Of a DNA stretch of 64,000 nt, positions 40,544 to 51,151 are shown piece after piece. The position numbers and the translations under genes are program-made. This stretch comes from an uncultured Verrucomicrobiae bacterium (GTDB taxonomy: Bacteria > Verrucomicrobiota > Verrucomicrobiia > Chthoniobacterales > JAFAMB01): positions 64,001 through 128,000 of the forward strand of contig CAWEXO010000013.1 of NCBI GenBank assembly GCA_963813025.1. The letters are read 5' to 3'. Under the pieces are notes generated by a model that worked only from the letters and a program-made list of their open reading frames with translations, was not told the origin of the DNA and made no database searches. Within the stretch, counting starts at the first letter, position 1; each line of letters starts with the position of its first letter.

Positions 40544-40942
40544 CTAGATCTGGATGACCGGCACGGGATAACGCAGGATCAATTGGCCATCGAGGAGAAT
40601 CTCCACGTGGTGCAATCCGAACTGACGAAACTGGACACCGGTAAACACGTTCACGTTCGTGACGTGACCTTCCAGTTCTTTCAACTCAAAGTCGATTTCT
40701 GAAGCTGCTAAGGTCTCTTCCTCGTCGAGTCCCAATACACGGGAGCCCTGCCGAAACTGCCCAACTCCTCCGCACCACCGGGTCCAAACACACAGTTTAA
40801 AAAGCGACCAAGGCAGCGTGCGGGTTGGAATCACCGTGAGGATACCGACGAGTGTCTGCATCCCGTTCACCTCCTGTCGAACATCTTCACAAAGGACCGA
40901 GGCTTGAAGATCGGGAAGGACAGTTGGCGGTTCGAGCGGCAA
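40544..40942 (-). CDS. Conserved hypothetical protein
   Basis: LCEDVRQE..G motif, beta-rich 132-aa ORF filling the gap. Confidence 0.6.
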   Translation of the reverse strand: MPLEPPTVLPDLQASVLCEDVRQEVNGMQTLVGILTVIPTRTLPWSLFKLCVWTRWCGGVGQFRQGSRVLGLDEEETLAASEIDFELKELEGHVTNVNVFTGVQFRQFGLHHVEILLDGQLILRYPVPVIQI

Positions 40943-41014
40943 GGAATCCTCAGTTAAAAACCTGTTTTAATATAAATGAATTTCAAAGCCGTTTTGAACC
41001 CTTCTGTCCGCAGG

Positions 41015-42465
41015 TTAAAGGGTGGGCTTTTCCTTGTGCCACCGGGTCGCTTGTTCGTAAGCCGCGGCGATCTGGAGAATCGTTTCTTCTCCCAGAGCAT
41101 CTCCGAGCAACTGAAGGCCAATCGGGAGCCTGCGCCCTTCTACCTCAACAAAGCCGCAGGGGATGCTGATGCCGCAGATACCGGCCATATTCGCGGCCAG
41201 CGTAAAGATATCGGCCAGATACATGCTTAAGGGATCGCTGGTTTTTTCTCCGAGCCGAAATGCCGCTGTTGGCGAGGTGGGGCAGATAATGGCGTCCACT
41301 CGCGAAAATGCCTTGGTGAAATCGTCCCGGATCAGAGTCCGAACTTTCTGCGCTCGCAGGTAATAGGCATCGTAATAGCCGGAACTCAGCACGTAAGTGC
41401 CGAGGATGACCCGGCGTTTTACTTCTGAGCCAAAACCCTCTTCCCGCGTCTTTCCATAGTGGTCGAGGAGTCCGGAAGTGTTCTCGGCGCGAAAACCGTA
41501 ACGCACACCATCGAAGCGAGCGAGATTCGCCGAAGCCTCGGCCGGAGCAATGATGTAGTAGCGTGCTGAGCGCATATTCGGTGTGAGGCAGTGAAATGTC
41601 GATGACCTCGGCGCCTAGCTCGGTAAATTGATCCACCGCGCCGCACACAGCGCGTTCGACGGCAGGATCAAGCCCAGCAATAAAATACTCCTTCGGAAGC
41701 CCGAGTTTCAGACCTTTAACACCTCGATCGAGGAGGCGAGTGAAATCCGGAGTTTTCTCCGCCAGAGACGTTGAGTCCCTCGGATCGTGGCCGGCGATGG
41801 CGTTGAGCAAGAGGGCGGCGTCACGAACGTCCTTCGTGAGGGGACCGATCTGATCGAGCGAGGAGGCGAAGGCAACCAGTCCATAGCGCGAGACCCGGCC
41901 ATAAGTTGGTTTCAGCCCGACGCATCCGCAAAGCGCCGCCGGTTGGCGTATCGATCCTCCGGTGTCGGACGCCGAGCGCGGCGAAAGCTTCATCAGCGGC
42001 AACGATCGCCGCCGAACCACCGCTGGAACCGCCGGGAGTTCTTTCGAGATCCCAGGGATTATGAGTCGGTCCAAACGCCGAGTTCTCGGTCGAACTGCCC
42101 ATGGCAAACTCGTCCATGTTAGTTCGACCAAACGGAACCGCGCCCGCTTCTCGCAGCCGGGCAATGACGGTTGCGTCGAAGGGAGCGACGTAGTCTTCCA
42201 GGATCCTGGAAGCACAGGTGCAGGGATGACCCGCCACGCTGATCACATCCTTGATCGAGATGGGCACTCCGCCAAGCGGCAAGCTGAGATCGGCTTGCTC
42301 GGCTTCGGCGCGTGCCCGGGCGAGATCGTAGGAAAGATAACCATGGACCTTTGAGTCTACCGCTTCGATACGCTTGCCCAAGGCATCAATAACCTCGAGT
42401 GGAGCAACATCCTTCTTCCGGATCAGACCCCGCAATTCATGGACAGTGAGAGACGTCAGTTCCAC
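41015..42465 (-). CDS. gatA: Asp/Glu-tRNA amidotransferase subunit A, two frameshifts (near 41970 and 41565)
   Basis: [49 protein letters not shown] split over three frames. Confidence 0.92.
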
Positions 42466-42468
42466 CCG

Positions 42469-42756
42469 CTACTCCACGACCTTGGTTACAACGAAGAGGT
42501 TCTGCGCCTGCCTCGGCGCATTCGCCAAGGCGACCTCGCGGGGCAAGCTTGCCGTTGGAACATCGGGACGAAAAACGTTGAAGATCGGAAAACTGTGCGC
42601 AGTCGGATCAACCTGGTCGACTTCGATCTGATCCAGACGCGCCACATGTTCCAGAACGTGTTCCAGCTGTTTTTGAAAGGTTTGGACTTCCTCCGCTGAC
42701 AAATGAATCCGGGCGAGGTCGGCAACGTACTGAACTTCGAAATGAGTGGCGCTCAC
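42469..42756 (-). CDS. gatC: Asp/Glu-tRNA amidotransferase subunit C
   Basis: VQYVADLARI, NVFRPD, LANAP; upstream of gatA. Confidence 0.9.
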   Translation of the reverse strand: MSATHFEVQYVADLARIHLSAEEVQTFQKQLEHVLEHVARLDQIEVDQVDPTAHSFPIFNVFRPDVPTASLPREVALANAPRQAQNLFVVTKVVE

Positions 42757-42794
42757 CGAGAACAAATGACAGCTGAGTGGATAACAGTCAATAG

Positions 42795-42923
42795 GAGCGG
42801 CGGGAGCGGTGTCAGCGGTGGGAGTAGCTGGGCAGCTTTCCGCTTTCCAACTCCTCAGCTCTGAACTGCTAAACTGTTCAACTACTCCCACCGCTGACAC
42901 CGCTCCCGCCGCTCCCGCCGCTC
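42795..42923. repeat. Palindromic repeat unit, copy 1
   Basis: GTAG...CTAC core between 9-nt periodic arms; near-identical to 43961-44075. Confidence 0.88.
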
Positions 42924-42968
42924 AAATGACTTGAACCTGTTACCTCCTTAATTGACAATGGGCTCGTC

Positions 42969-43577
42969 ATGTCAGACAGAGAGCCGTTCCTCGATCTGCC
43001 TGAGGGGCAATCGCCATCGCCGGATGAACTGGATACTCAGGTTCAGCGCGCGCAAGAACAATTAATCCAGCTGCGACGGCAGCAGGACACCATTGAAAAA
43101 CAAAAGCGCGAATTGGAAGAGCTCAGCCGTAAGCAGGACGAGCTGGAGCGCGGACGGGCGGAGATGATCGAGAAGCTAAGTCGATCGCAGGTAGTGATAG
43201 AACGCGAGACCTACGAAGCAGAGAAGAGAGTCGAACAACTACGGTCCACCCATTCCAGTTTTGCTCAGCACCTCGATTCGCTGGAAAAGATAAATCCGAA
43301 GGGCTGGGCGAGCAGCGATCTCCATAAAGAGCTCAGCAAAGCCCTGAGTTCGGTCGACGACGCTCGCGCAGAATTCACAAAATCCTTGACGAAAATCAAC
43401 GCCCGTTCCGAAGAAGAAGTCATTGATCCAGTTGACTCGACCAATTTCAACGAATCGTTTGCGCATGCCGATGGGGGTTTTGGCGTCTGGCTGAAACGCG
43501 GCTTTGCCTTTACCCTGCCGCTCCTGATTTTCGGGATTATTGTCCTTCTCCTGTTTTTCTTCGTTCATCCGGTATAG
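42969..43577 (+). CDS. Hypothetical coiled-coil protein with C-terminal TM helix
   Basis: Heptad-rich 202-aa ORF with hydrophobic tail; TTGAAC-N17-GACAAT just upstream. Confidence 0.7.
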   Translation: MSDREPFLDLPEGQSPSPDELDTQVQRAQEQLIQLRRQQDTIEKQKRELEELSRKQDELERGRAEMIEKLSRSQVVIERETYEAEKRVEQLRSTHSSFAQHLDSLEKINPKGWASSDLHKELSKALSSVDDARAEFTKSLTKINARSEEEVIDPVDSTNFNESFAHADGGFGVWLKRGFAFTLPLLIFGIIVLLLFFFVHPV

Positions 43578-43583
43578 CTGGAT

Positions 43584-43961
43584 ATGCCGCCAAGACGCTT
43601 CAGTGGCTCGCCGATTTCGGCACGCAAGGAAGCGCTTTCGAAAGAAGAGGAAGAGATCCGGCGAAAGATGAGAGATCTCGAACGCCTTATCGCTGAAGCG
43701 CCTAAATTAGCTGAGGCTGAACTGGAACGCCAGAAACAGGAGCGAGTGGCCCGGGCATCGACGCGCCGCAGCGCTTTCGATGCGCCGGACGTGCTGCAGG
43801 ACTCCCGGCACGAGGATGATCTGTTCACGGATCGGCCCAGCAGACCGCGCCGGGCACAGCGCCGGGCGGCCCGTACCCGACTGCTCGTGATGTCTGTTGC
43901 CGTGTTGCTCGCAACGGCAGTGGTGCTCTTCCTGGCGCTCCAACTCATCCAGCATTTGTAG
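43584..43961 (+). CDS. Hypothetical protein with C-terminal TM helix
   Basis: 125-aa ORF, charged helix plus hydrophobic tail, co-oriented with the previous gene. Confidence 0.6.
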   Translation: MPPRRFSGSPISARKEALSKEEEEIRRKMRDLERLIAEAPKLAEAELERQKQERVARASTRRSAFDAPDVLQDSRHEDDLFTDRPSRPRRAQRRAARTRLLVMSVAVLLATAVVLFLALQLIQHL

Positions 43962-44075
43962 AAGCGGCGGGAGGTAGCTGGGCAGCTTTCCGCTTTCCAG
44001 CTCCTCAGCTCTGAACTGCTAAACTGTTCAACTACCTCCCGCCGCTGAAACCGCTCCCGCCGCTCCCGCCGCTTC
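43961..44075. repeat. Palindromic repeat unit, copy 2
   Basis: Core differs by one base from copy 1. Confidence 0.88.
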
Positions 44076-44083
44076 TGAAACCT

Positions 44084-45253
44084 CTATCTTCCGGAGATCG
44101 CTTGGACGATGAAACCTTTCAGGTACTCGGTCTCAGGCAAATGCGGAAGAATCGGATGATCGAAGGACTGCGACAGCAAGCGGATCAAACGAACATAACG
44201 CTTGGCGTCGACGCTCGCATCGACAATCATTTCCAGGAACATCTCCCGGGACACGTGATGCGAGCAGGAAAAGGTTGCAAGCAGACCGTGCGGTCGCAGC
44301 AGTTGGAGCGCGCGCAGATGGATCTCTTTGTATCCGCGCCAGGCGCCGGACAGGGTGTCCTTGGATCGGGTGAAAGAAGGCGGATCCAGGATAATGAGAC
44401 CGAACCGTTGCTCGCTCTTTGCCAGCTCAGCCAGGTAATCAAAGGCGTTGGCCTCAATGACAGCGACATCCAGCCCGTTTCGCCGTCCATTGGTGCGGAT
44501 GGATTCCGTCAATGGCGCACTGATCTCAACCGCGGTAACGGACGTCGCTCTTGCTCGCGCGCAGAACAGAGCGAATGCCCCCTGGTTTGCGAAGCAGTCG
44601 AGTACGTCCCGATCGCGACTGAGCTGGGCGACGATCCCGTAATTCTCGACCTGGTCGAGATAAAAGCCGGTCTTTTGCCCCTTTAGCAGATCGAGCAGGA
44701 AGGAAACCTCGTCGATCGCGATCGATATTTCACCGGGAGCCTGCCCCGCCAGAACGCCGGTGACTAACTCCAGACCTTCCGCGCGTCGGACGAAGACATC
44801 GTTACGCTCGATAATCGAGTCGGGAGCGAGCGTTTGCTGAATCGCTTGGGTAATGAGGGCTTTGCGACGGTCCATCGCTAGCGTCAATGTTTGGAGGACG
44901 ACATGCGGACCATAGCGGTCGATGATCACGCCGGGAAGCCCGTCGCTTTCACTCCAGACTACACGACAGGCATCCCGAAAAACCGAGAATTCTTCGCGCA
45001 ATTTCATCGCCTGCTCAATCCGCCGCACGAAGAAATCGACGGTCAAATCCTGGCGCTGGCGCGAAAAACGCCGGGCCACAATCTGTGACTTCGGGTTGTA
45101 AATCGCCGAGCCTAACAATCGGTCACGGCTGTCTTTCAACGACACCACATCTCCGGGCTGAGGTTCTCCGAACGTTTTCAGGATCTCGCCGGAGTAAATC
45201 CAATCGTGCCCATGAAACAGCCTGGCCCGCGGCCGGATCACGAGCCCTGCCAT
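44084..45253 (-). CDS. RlmI-like class I SAM-dependent rRNA methyltransferase
   Basis: PUA-like start GHDWIY, SESDGLPG, GQKTGFYLDQ, ILDPPSF. Confidence 0.9.
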   Translation of the reverse strand: MAGLVIRPRARLFHGHDWIYSGEILKTFGEPQPGDVVSLKDSRDRLLGSAIYNPKSQIVARRFSRQRQDLTVDFFVRRIEQAMKLREEFSVFRDACRVVWSESDGLPGVIIDRYGPHVVLQTLTLAMDRRKALITQAIQQTLAPDSIIERNDVFVRRAEGLELVTGVLAGQAPGEISIAIDEVSFLLDLLKGQKTGFYLDQVENYGIVAQLSRDRDVLDCFANQGAFALFCARARATSVTAVEISAPLTESIRTNGRRNGLDVAVIEANAFDYLAELAKSEQRFGLIILDPPSFTRSKDTLSGAWRGYKEIHLRALQLLRPHGLLATFSCSHHVSREMFLEMIVDASVDAKRYVRLIRLLSQSFDHPILPHLPETEYLKGFIVQAISGR

Positions 45254-45311
45254 CGGTGGACTCCTGAAGGTCTTGGTGCATTGCTATCGCGCGACCAATC
45301 CGGGCATGGAC

Positions 45312-45479
45312 GTCGTGGAGTGCGTGCGACTTGTCGCCGCTTTGAGACCGCGCATAGCGCGGCCCTCAACAAAGCGGGTCTCTTCGCGGGGGAACTCGGC
45401 ACTTCGTGGTTCCGTCGTCGGTCTATAACGCGCTCTGCACGGATCCTAAAACGGCGACAAGTCGCACGCACTCCACGAC
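45312..45479. repeat. 28-bp perfect inverted repeat
   Basis: GTCGTGGAGTGCGTGCGACTTGTCGCCG at 45312-45339 and its reverse complement at 45452-45479. Confidence 0.9.
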
Positions 45480-45520
45480 ACGCAGCTGATCGGGTGAGAT
45501 CTGGATGCTGATACTCCCGC

Positions 45521-46720
45521 TCAAGAAAAAAGAAATTCGTCTGCTGGCTCGGGGTGCCGCGAGAATGGAGCAGGGACATCCTGTTCAGGATACTCAAAAA
45601 TCTTGCCCTCGTAATTTCGAATCACGATTTTCTCGTGATCATGATAGAGGACGTAGCCTGGATTGATCGGTACTTTTCCGCCGCCGCCCGGGGCATCGAT
45701 GACGAATTGCGGGACGGCGTAGCCGGTGGTATGGCCACGCAGCGACTCGATGATTTCTAATCCTTTCGCGACCGAGGTGCGCAGGTGCGCTGAGCCGTGG
45801 ATCAAGTCGCACTGATAGATGTAGTACGGCCGCACCCGGCAGATGAGTAGCTTCTGCACCAACGTCTTCATGACCGCCGGATCGTCATTCACGCCTTTCA
45901 GAAGAACGCTCTGGTTTCCGAGCGGTATGCCGTGATTGGCCAGTCGTTCAGAGCGCCTCGCGAACTTCCGAGGTCAGTTCGCGCGGATGGTTCACATGCA
46001 CGCTCATCCAGAGCGGATGAAACCGTTGCAGCATCCGGCACAGTTCCGGCGTGATCCGTTGAGGCAGAAAAATCGGCACGCGGGTGCCGATCCGAAGAAA
46101 CTCGATATGTTCGATCGAGCGCAGCCGCTCAAGGATAGCGCGGAGCTTGTCGTCGGAGAAAAGCAGAGCGTCGCCGCCGGAAAGGAGGACGTCGCGCACC
46201 TCGCGTGTGGGTCTCCAGATAGCGATACGCTTCTTCGAAATCGGTGTGCAGTTCCTGCTCGCCGGCACCGCTCACCACGCGGCTGCGGGTACAGTAACGG
46301 CAATAGGAAGCGCATCGGTCGGTCACCAGAAAAAGTACGCGGTCAGGATAGCGATGCACGAGCCCGGGTACCGGCATGTGCGAGTCTTCACCGCACGGGA
46401 TCAGCCATCTCGCCAGGGGAATGAACGGCCTCGCCCGCAAGCGGGATGACTTGGCGGCGGATCGGGCAATTAGGGTCGTGCGGATCGATGAGGTTAAAAA
46501 AATGGGGCGTAATGGCCAGGGCCAGTTTGTGGCCTGAGAGCAGCACACCGGCGCGTTCTTCGCGAGACAAGACGAGCTTTTGCTCGAGTTGCGCGAGATT
46601 GGTGACGCGGTTTTTGAGTTGCCACTTCCAATCGTTCCAGAGAGCGGATTCGACCTCGGGCCAGAAGCCTGGGGCGTGAGAGATAAACCGTTTTTGATCA
46701 GTATCAGCAAAGCTTTGCAT
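45521..46720 (-). CDS. KamA family radical SAM protein (lysine 2,3-aminomutase-like), several frameshifts
   Basis: [44 protein letters not shown] across frames. Confidence 0.88.
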
Positions 46721-46894
46721 GTCAAGTTGACCAGTTGGTTAAATTAAAGGGCGCTCTTTGATTGTCAATGGAACCTCAAATATCGCTTTCTTCCATGGGC
46801 AAGGTGTTGAACTGTCTGCGATCGAATGGCGGTCAAGGTTGTGGCGGCCGATTAGCTGCCAGATCCACCGGTTAGACGAAATTTTTTTCGTTTT

Positions 46895-48334
46895 ATGAGA
46901 TTTTTCTTGAGGGGTCTGGCTCTGCTGAGTGGATGCGCACTCAGTTTTTTCTTTCCGATTGATCATCTGGTTGCCCAGGCTCCGTCTCCGAACACGTTTA
47001 AAGACTTGGTTCATCAGCTGAATCAGGCTTACGAAGATGTCTACGACCGCGTTGCTCCCGCGGTCGTAGTTATCGACGTCACGAAGGCCGAGACGCCAGA
47101 AAACGGCAATAACCCATTGGACGGGTTTGATTTTTTCTTCCACGGCGGGCCGCCGGGCGATGAGGGCGATCAACCGGACCAGAGCGAAGGCTCAGGATTT
47201 TTTGTGCGGCCCGACGGTTATGTTTTGACCAATACTCACGTGATCGACGGGGCGGACAAGATCCAGGTCAAACTCAAAGATGGACGCTCTTTTCCAGCCA
47301 AACTTGTCGGGGCCGACGATCGGACCGATGTGGCGGTGCTCAAAATCGAGGCAACCGGGGTTCCCTCTGTACAGTTGGCTGACAGCGACGAGGTGCGGGT
47401 CGGTCAGATCGTCTGCGCGATCGGCGCACCTTACAAGTTTGAGTACTCTTTTACGGCCGGCGTGGTCAGCGCAAAAGGCCGCAATGAATTGCTCGCCGAT
47501 AAATACGAGGATTACATCCAGACCGATGCGGCGATTAATCCCGGTAACAGCGGTGGTCCGCTCTGCGACATCGACGGCAAGGTCATCGGGATGAATACTT
47601 TGATTCACGGCTTGAATCGGGGGCTGGGTTTCGCGATTTCGAGTAATCTCGCACGCCAGATCAGCGACCAGTTGATTGCGTCCGGCAAAATCACGCGACC
47701 CTGGCTTGGTATTATCATCGAGTCGGTCAATCCCGAGAATCGGGCAAACATTTTCAAGGGTATGGGGCGCGGGGTGGTTGTGCGAACCATCCAGGCAGAT
47801 ACTCCCGCCGCGCGGAGCGATCTGCGCCCCGCCGACGTGATTACTGAAGTCGACGGGATCCCTGTGAGCTCCGCCCGCGAACTGCAGCGGGAGGTTCTCA
47901 AGAAAAAAATTGGTGATCAGGTGAATCTCGGGATCTGGCGGAATGGAAAAAAAATCAATGTGCTGGTAAAAACCGAGGAGCTGCCCAGCGAAGATCGACG
48001 ACTGGCAACCGGGGCGACACCTCCGGCCACCCCGGGAAATACTTCAGGCAATACTTACGGGTTGCGGGTCCAGGAAGTAACTCCGGCTATTAAGCACGAG
48101 TTCGGGCTGAAATCAGACACTGGTATAGTGGTTGTCGGAGTCGCCCCGAACAGCCCGGCCGCTGCCGCGGATATTCAACCAGGTGATCTGATCACCGAGG
48201 TGGGCCGAACGCCCGTTGGTAGTCTGGCGCAGTTCGAGCAAGCCTTGTCCGGCCAAATCGGAAAGCCTACCTTGCTCCTTTTGCTTGATCGCAAAGGCGT
48301 TAAAACCTATTCGATCGTGAAGTCCGCGAAGTAG
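46895..48334 (+). CDS. DegP/HtrA family serine protease with two PDZ domains
   Basis: TNTHV, DVAVLK, QTDAAINPGNSGGPL. Confidence 0.93.
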   Translation: MRFFLRGLALLSGCALSFFFPIDHLVAQAPSPNTFKDLVHQLNQAYEDVYDRVAPAVVVIDVTKAETPENGNNPLDGFDFFFHGGPPGDEGDQPDQSEGSGFFVRPDGYVLTNTHVIDGADKIQVKLKDGRSFPAKLVGADDRTDVAVLKIEATGVPSVQLADSDEVRVGQIVCAIGAPYKFEYSFTAGVVSAKGRNELLADKYEDYIQTDAAINPGNSGGPLCDIDGKVIGMNTLIHGLNRGLGFAISSNLARQISDQLIASGKITRPWLGIIIESVNPENRANIFKGMGRGVVVRTIQADTPAARSDLRPADVITEVDGIPVSSARELQREVLKKKIGDQVNLGIWRNGKKINVLVKTEELPSEDRRLATGATPPATPGNTSGNTYGLRVQEVTPAIKHEFGLKSDTGIVVVGVAPNSPAAAADIQPGDLITEVGRTPVGSLAQFEQALSGQIGKPTLLLLLDRKGVKTYSIVKSAK

Positions 48335-48401
48335 AAAGTCCGGTCTTGCCGGAGCGCCCGTCCTCACTTTCAATCTTGCGTGGCTGAGATCGACCGCGCG
48401 C

Positions 48402-49046
48402 ATGACAAAGTCCAGGAGAAGAATCAATGAGATCGGGCGTTCCCAGCAGCTGCGCGTTGTCGAGGCTCTAAAAAAAAGCCAGGGACTTTCGGTCACCGAA
48501 CTCCAAACGCGGCTCGGACTCAGTTATATGGGCACAAAGCAGCACTGCGCAGCTTTGGAGCGCCAAGGGCTGGTCGATACTTGGAGGCGCCCAAAACCGA
48601 TCGGTCGTCCGGAGATGATTTATCGACTTACGAAGAAGGCGCAGAGCTTATTTCCACAATCCAGCAACGACGCGACGATCGAGCTCCTGCGGGCGGCCAA
48701 GCGGCTATACGGACCAGCTGCTCCCGAAAAGCTTCTGTACTCGTTATTTGCTGCCAAGGCGGATGTTTACCGCAAGTTGCTATCGCAGAATGGCCTGCCT
48801 GAGAGGATGAAGGCTTTGGTGCGCCAGCGCGAAACGGAAGGATATCTCTGCGATTTTTTGGAAGAGCCGGATTTGGCAATCGTCCAATTTCATTCTCCGT
48901 TGTTTGACTTAATCGAGGCGTTTCCCCTGGTGCGGCGACTGGAGCATGAACTGCTGGAAAAAGCGTTGGGGGTATCCCTCAACCGCGAGGAACAGACGGC
49001 TTCGGGACTTTATCGCTGCCAATTTTCGGTGATTGTCGGGACGTAG
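48402..49046 (+). CDS. HTH transcriptional regulator (SufR/ArsR-like)
   Basis: wHTH with GRP..YRLT.KA..LFP pattern. Confidence 0.75.
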   Translation: MTKSRRRINEIGRSQQLRVVEALKKSQGLSVTELQTRLGLSYMGTKQHCAALERQGLVDTWRRPKPIGRPEMIYRLTKKAQSLFPQSSNDATIELLRAAKRLYGPAAPEKLLYSLFAAKADVYRKLLSQNGLPERMKALVRQRETEGYLCDFLEEPDLAIVQFHSPLFDLIEAFPLVRRLEHELLEKALGVSLNREEQTASGLYRCQFSVIVGT

Positions 49047-49140
49047 CTTCGCCGAAGGCTCCTCCTTCGCTAAAGCTTCGGCGGACGCGTCAGATGAATG
49101 CATTGTCCTGCAACACCCGAGGTCGGTAGGCGCAAGCTGC

Positions 49141-49271
49141 AGGGCAAGCTCCTGCTTGACCAATTTGATCACGAGATGACTTGCTCAAATGGTCAAGCGG
49201 GAGCTTGCCCGGGATTGCCCCTACCGGCCTTGGGTATTGCGAGACAACCTCTAAATTCTCGCCCTACGGGC
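49141..49271. repeat. REP-like hairpin and partial GTAG-REP copy
   Basis: GGGCAAGCTCCTGCTTGACCA / TGGTCAAGCGGGAGCTTGCCC arms; TAAATTCTCGCCCTAC at 49252-49267. Confidence 0.7.
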
Positions 49272-49351
49272 AAGCGGCGTTTGTCAAGCAAGGACAAACG
49301 CCATTTTTCAGGTTGCCAACCCCGATGGAAAGGGTATTTTCCCGGCTCCTT

Positions 49352-49561
49352 ATGCCAAAGTCGATTGCCAGACGCAAAACCAAGAAGGCCGTTGCCAAAC
49401 GTTTCAAGGTAACCGGTACCGGCAAAATCTTGCGCAGCCAGTCGACCCGCCGGCATCTCTTGGCTTCCAAGAGCGCAAAGCGCAAACGCCAACTTGCGAA
49501 GGCTGCCCTGGTCGACAGAACCGACGAGGCTAGAGTGAAAGATAATCTGCCATTCGGCTAA
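49352..49561 (+). CDS. rpmI: 50S ribosomal protein L35
   Basis: KTKKAVAKRFKVTGTGK, RHLL..KS.KRKR. Confidence 0.94.
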   Translation: MPKSIARRKTKKAVAKRFKVTGTGKILRSQSTRRHLLASKSAKRKRQLAKAALVDRTDEARVKDNLPFG

Positions 49562-49687
49562 GCCGGGTGCGGTACCGGTTTTCCACCTGTCCTGGTTTTG
49601 CCGGGATCACGGGATGAGCGAGGTCGGAAAACTGAACTCAAACAACGGCTCTCCCAAGGAGGACCTGCCTGAGGCAGGACATGATCC

Positions 49688-50059
49688 ATGCCAAGAGCGA
49701 CGAATGCTCGCGCCAGTCGAGAACGGCGCAAAAGAATTCTCGAAAAAGCCAGAGGTTATCGGGGTCGCCGGTCAAAGCTTTTCCGTTACGCCAAGGACGC
49801 CACGATGAAGGCCCAGTATTGGGCATATCGTGATCGCAAGACCCGGAAAAGAACGTTTCGCAACCTCTGGGTACAGCGGATCAACGCTGCGTGCCGTCAC
49901 TTAGGTACGACCTACAGCCGGTTTATCGAAGGGCTGGCCGCCGCCGGCATTCAGATCGATCGAAAGATCCTGGCGGATTTAGCCGTGCAAGACGAGGCGG
50001 CCTTCAAGGCTATCGCCGAGCAGGCGCTAGCTGCTCGAGAAAAGAAAAAAGCAGCCTAG
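49688..50059 (+). CDS. rplT: 50S ribosomal protein L20
   Basis: AYRDRK.RKR.FR.LW..RINAA, DRKILADLA. Confidence 0.96.
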   Translation: MPRATNARASRERRKRILEKARGYRGRRSKLFRYAKDATMKAQYWAYRDRKTRKRTFRNLWVQRINAACRHLGTTYSRFIEGLAAAGIQIDRKILADLAVQDEAAFKAIAEQALAAREKKKAA

Positions 50060-50134
50060 AATTGTGTCCGCGAGGTGAGACGCACGGCCTGGTGCGTCTG
50101 CTTCCGGAAGCAGACGAGTACGTTTGCGTCACGA

Positions 50135-51151
50135 ATGGAACAGAAGCTTGCGCAACTGAGGACAGAGGGGCTGGCAGAGATTCTTCGCGCCCAGACTGCG
50201 GCAGCTCTCGACCTCGCCCGAGTAAAGTATCTGGGGCGATCCGGCGAGGTTTCCCAGATTGGGGAAAGCATGCGTAATGTCGCCAAAGAGGAACGGCCGA
50301 TTCTAGGAAAACTGCTGAATGAGGTGAGAGCCACCCTGAACGCAGCAGTCGAGCGAAAAAGCGCCGAATTCGAAGCCGAACGGGATGTGAAGGATCTCGC
50401 TTCCATCGACGAGAGCTTGCCAGGGAAGCCAATGACCGTTGGCGCTCTGCATCCGCTCACGATCCTGCAGGAGAGGTCCATCGAGGTTTTGCGCCGGCTC
50501 GGGTTTGCCCTGGCCGACGGACCGGATATTGAGACGGAATGGAACTGTTTCGATGCTCTGAATACCCCCCCGAACCATCCCGCGCGAAACGAATCTGACA
50601 CTTTCTATTTGCCCGATGGACGCTTGCTGCGCAGCCATACCTCGACGGTGCAGATTCGGACCATGCTCGCGGCCAAACCTCCGATCCGGGTGATCGGGCC
50701 CGGAGCGGCTTATCGACGGGACGAAGTTGACGCGACTCACCTCAGTCAGTTCAATCAGCTGGAAGGGTTGTACGTCGATCAAACGGTGAGTGTGGTCGAC
50801 CTCAAAGGTACGTTGGAATATTTTGTGCACGAGCTGCTAGGGGAACAGGCGGAAACTCGCATGCGGCCGCACTTTTTTCCTTTCACCGAGCCCAGCTTCG
50901 AAATGGATGTGCGGATACCGGGAGTCAATGCGGGTCAATGGATGGAACTGCTGGGATGTGGCATGGTCCATCCAGCAGTATTTGAGCAGGTTAACGGCAA
51001 ACGGGGCGATTCGGCCTATGCTCCAGAGAGCTGGACCGGCTTCGCCTTTGGTATGGGACTGGATCGGCTTGCGATGACCTTGTTTGAGCTTCCGGACATT
51101 CGTCTTCTGGTGGAAAACGATGAGCGTTTTCTCGCGCAGTTCGCCTCATGA
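50135..51151 (+). CDS. pheS: Phenylalanine-tRNA ligase alpha subunit
   Basis: HPAR..DTFY, LRSHTS, FPFTEPS, GFAFGMG. Confidence 0.96.
   Translation: MEQKLAQLRTEGLAEILRAQTAAALDLARVKYLGRSGEVSQIGESMRNVAKEERPILGKLLNEVRATLNAAVERKSAEFEAERDVKDLASIDESLPGKPMTVGALHPLTILQERSIEVLRRLGFALADGPDIETEWNCFDALNTPPNHPARNESDTFYLPDGRLLRSHTSTVQIRTMLAAKPPIRVIGPGAAYRRDEVDATHLSQFNQLEGLYVDQTVSVVDLKGTLEYFVHELLGEQAETRMRPHFFPFTEPSFEMDVRIPGVNAGQWMELLGCGMVHPAVFEQVNGKRGDSAYAPESWTGFAFGMGLDRLAMTLFELPDIRLLVENDERFLAQFAS

Noticed and set aside
41015..42465. Programmed frameshifting or true inactivation of gatA
   Set aside because: No slippery sites evident and neighbours show similar random indels; sequencing error is simpler.
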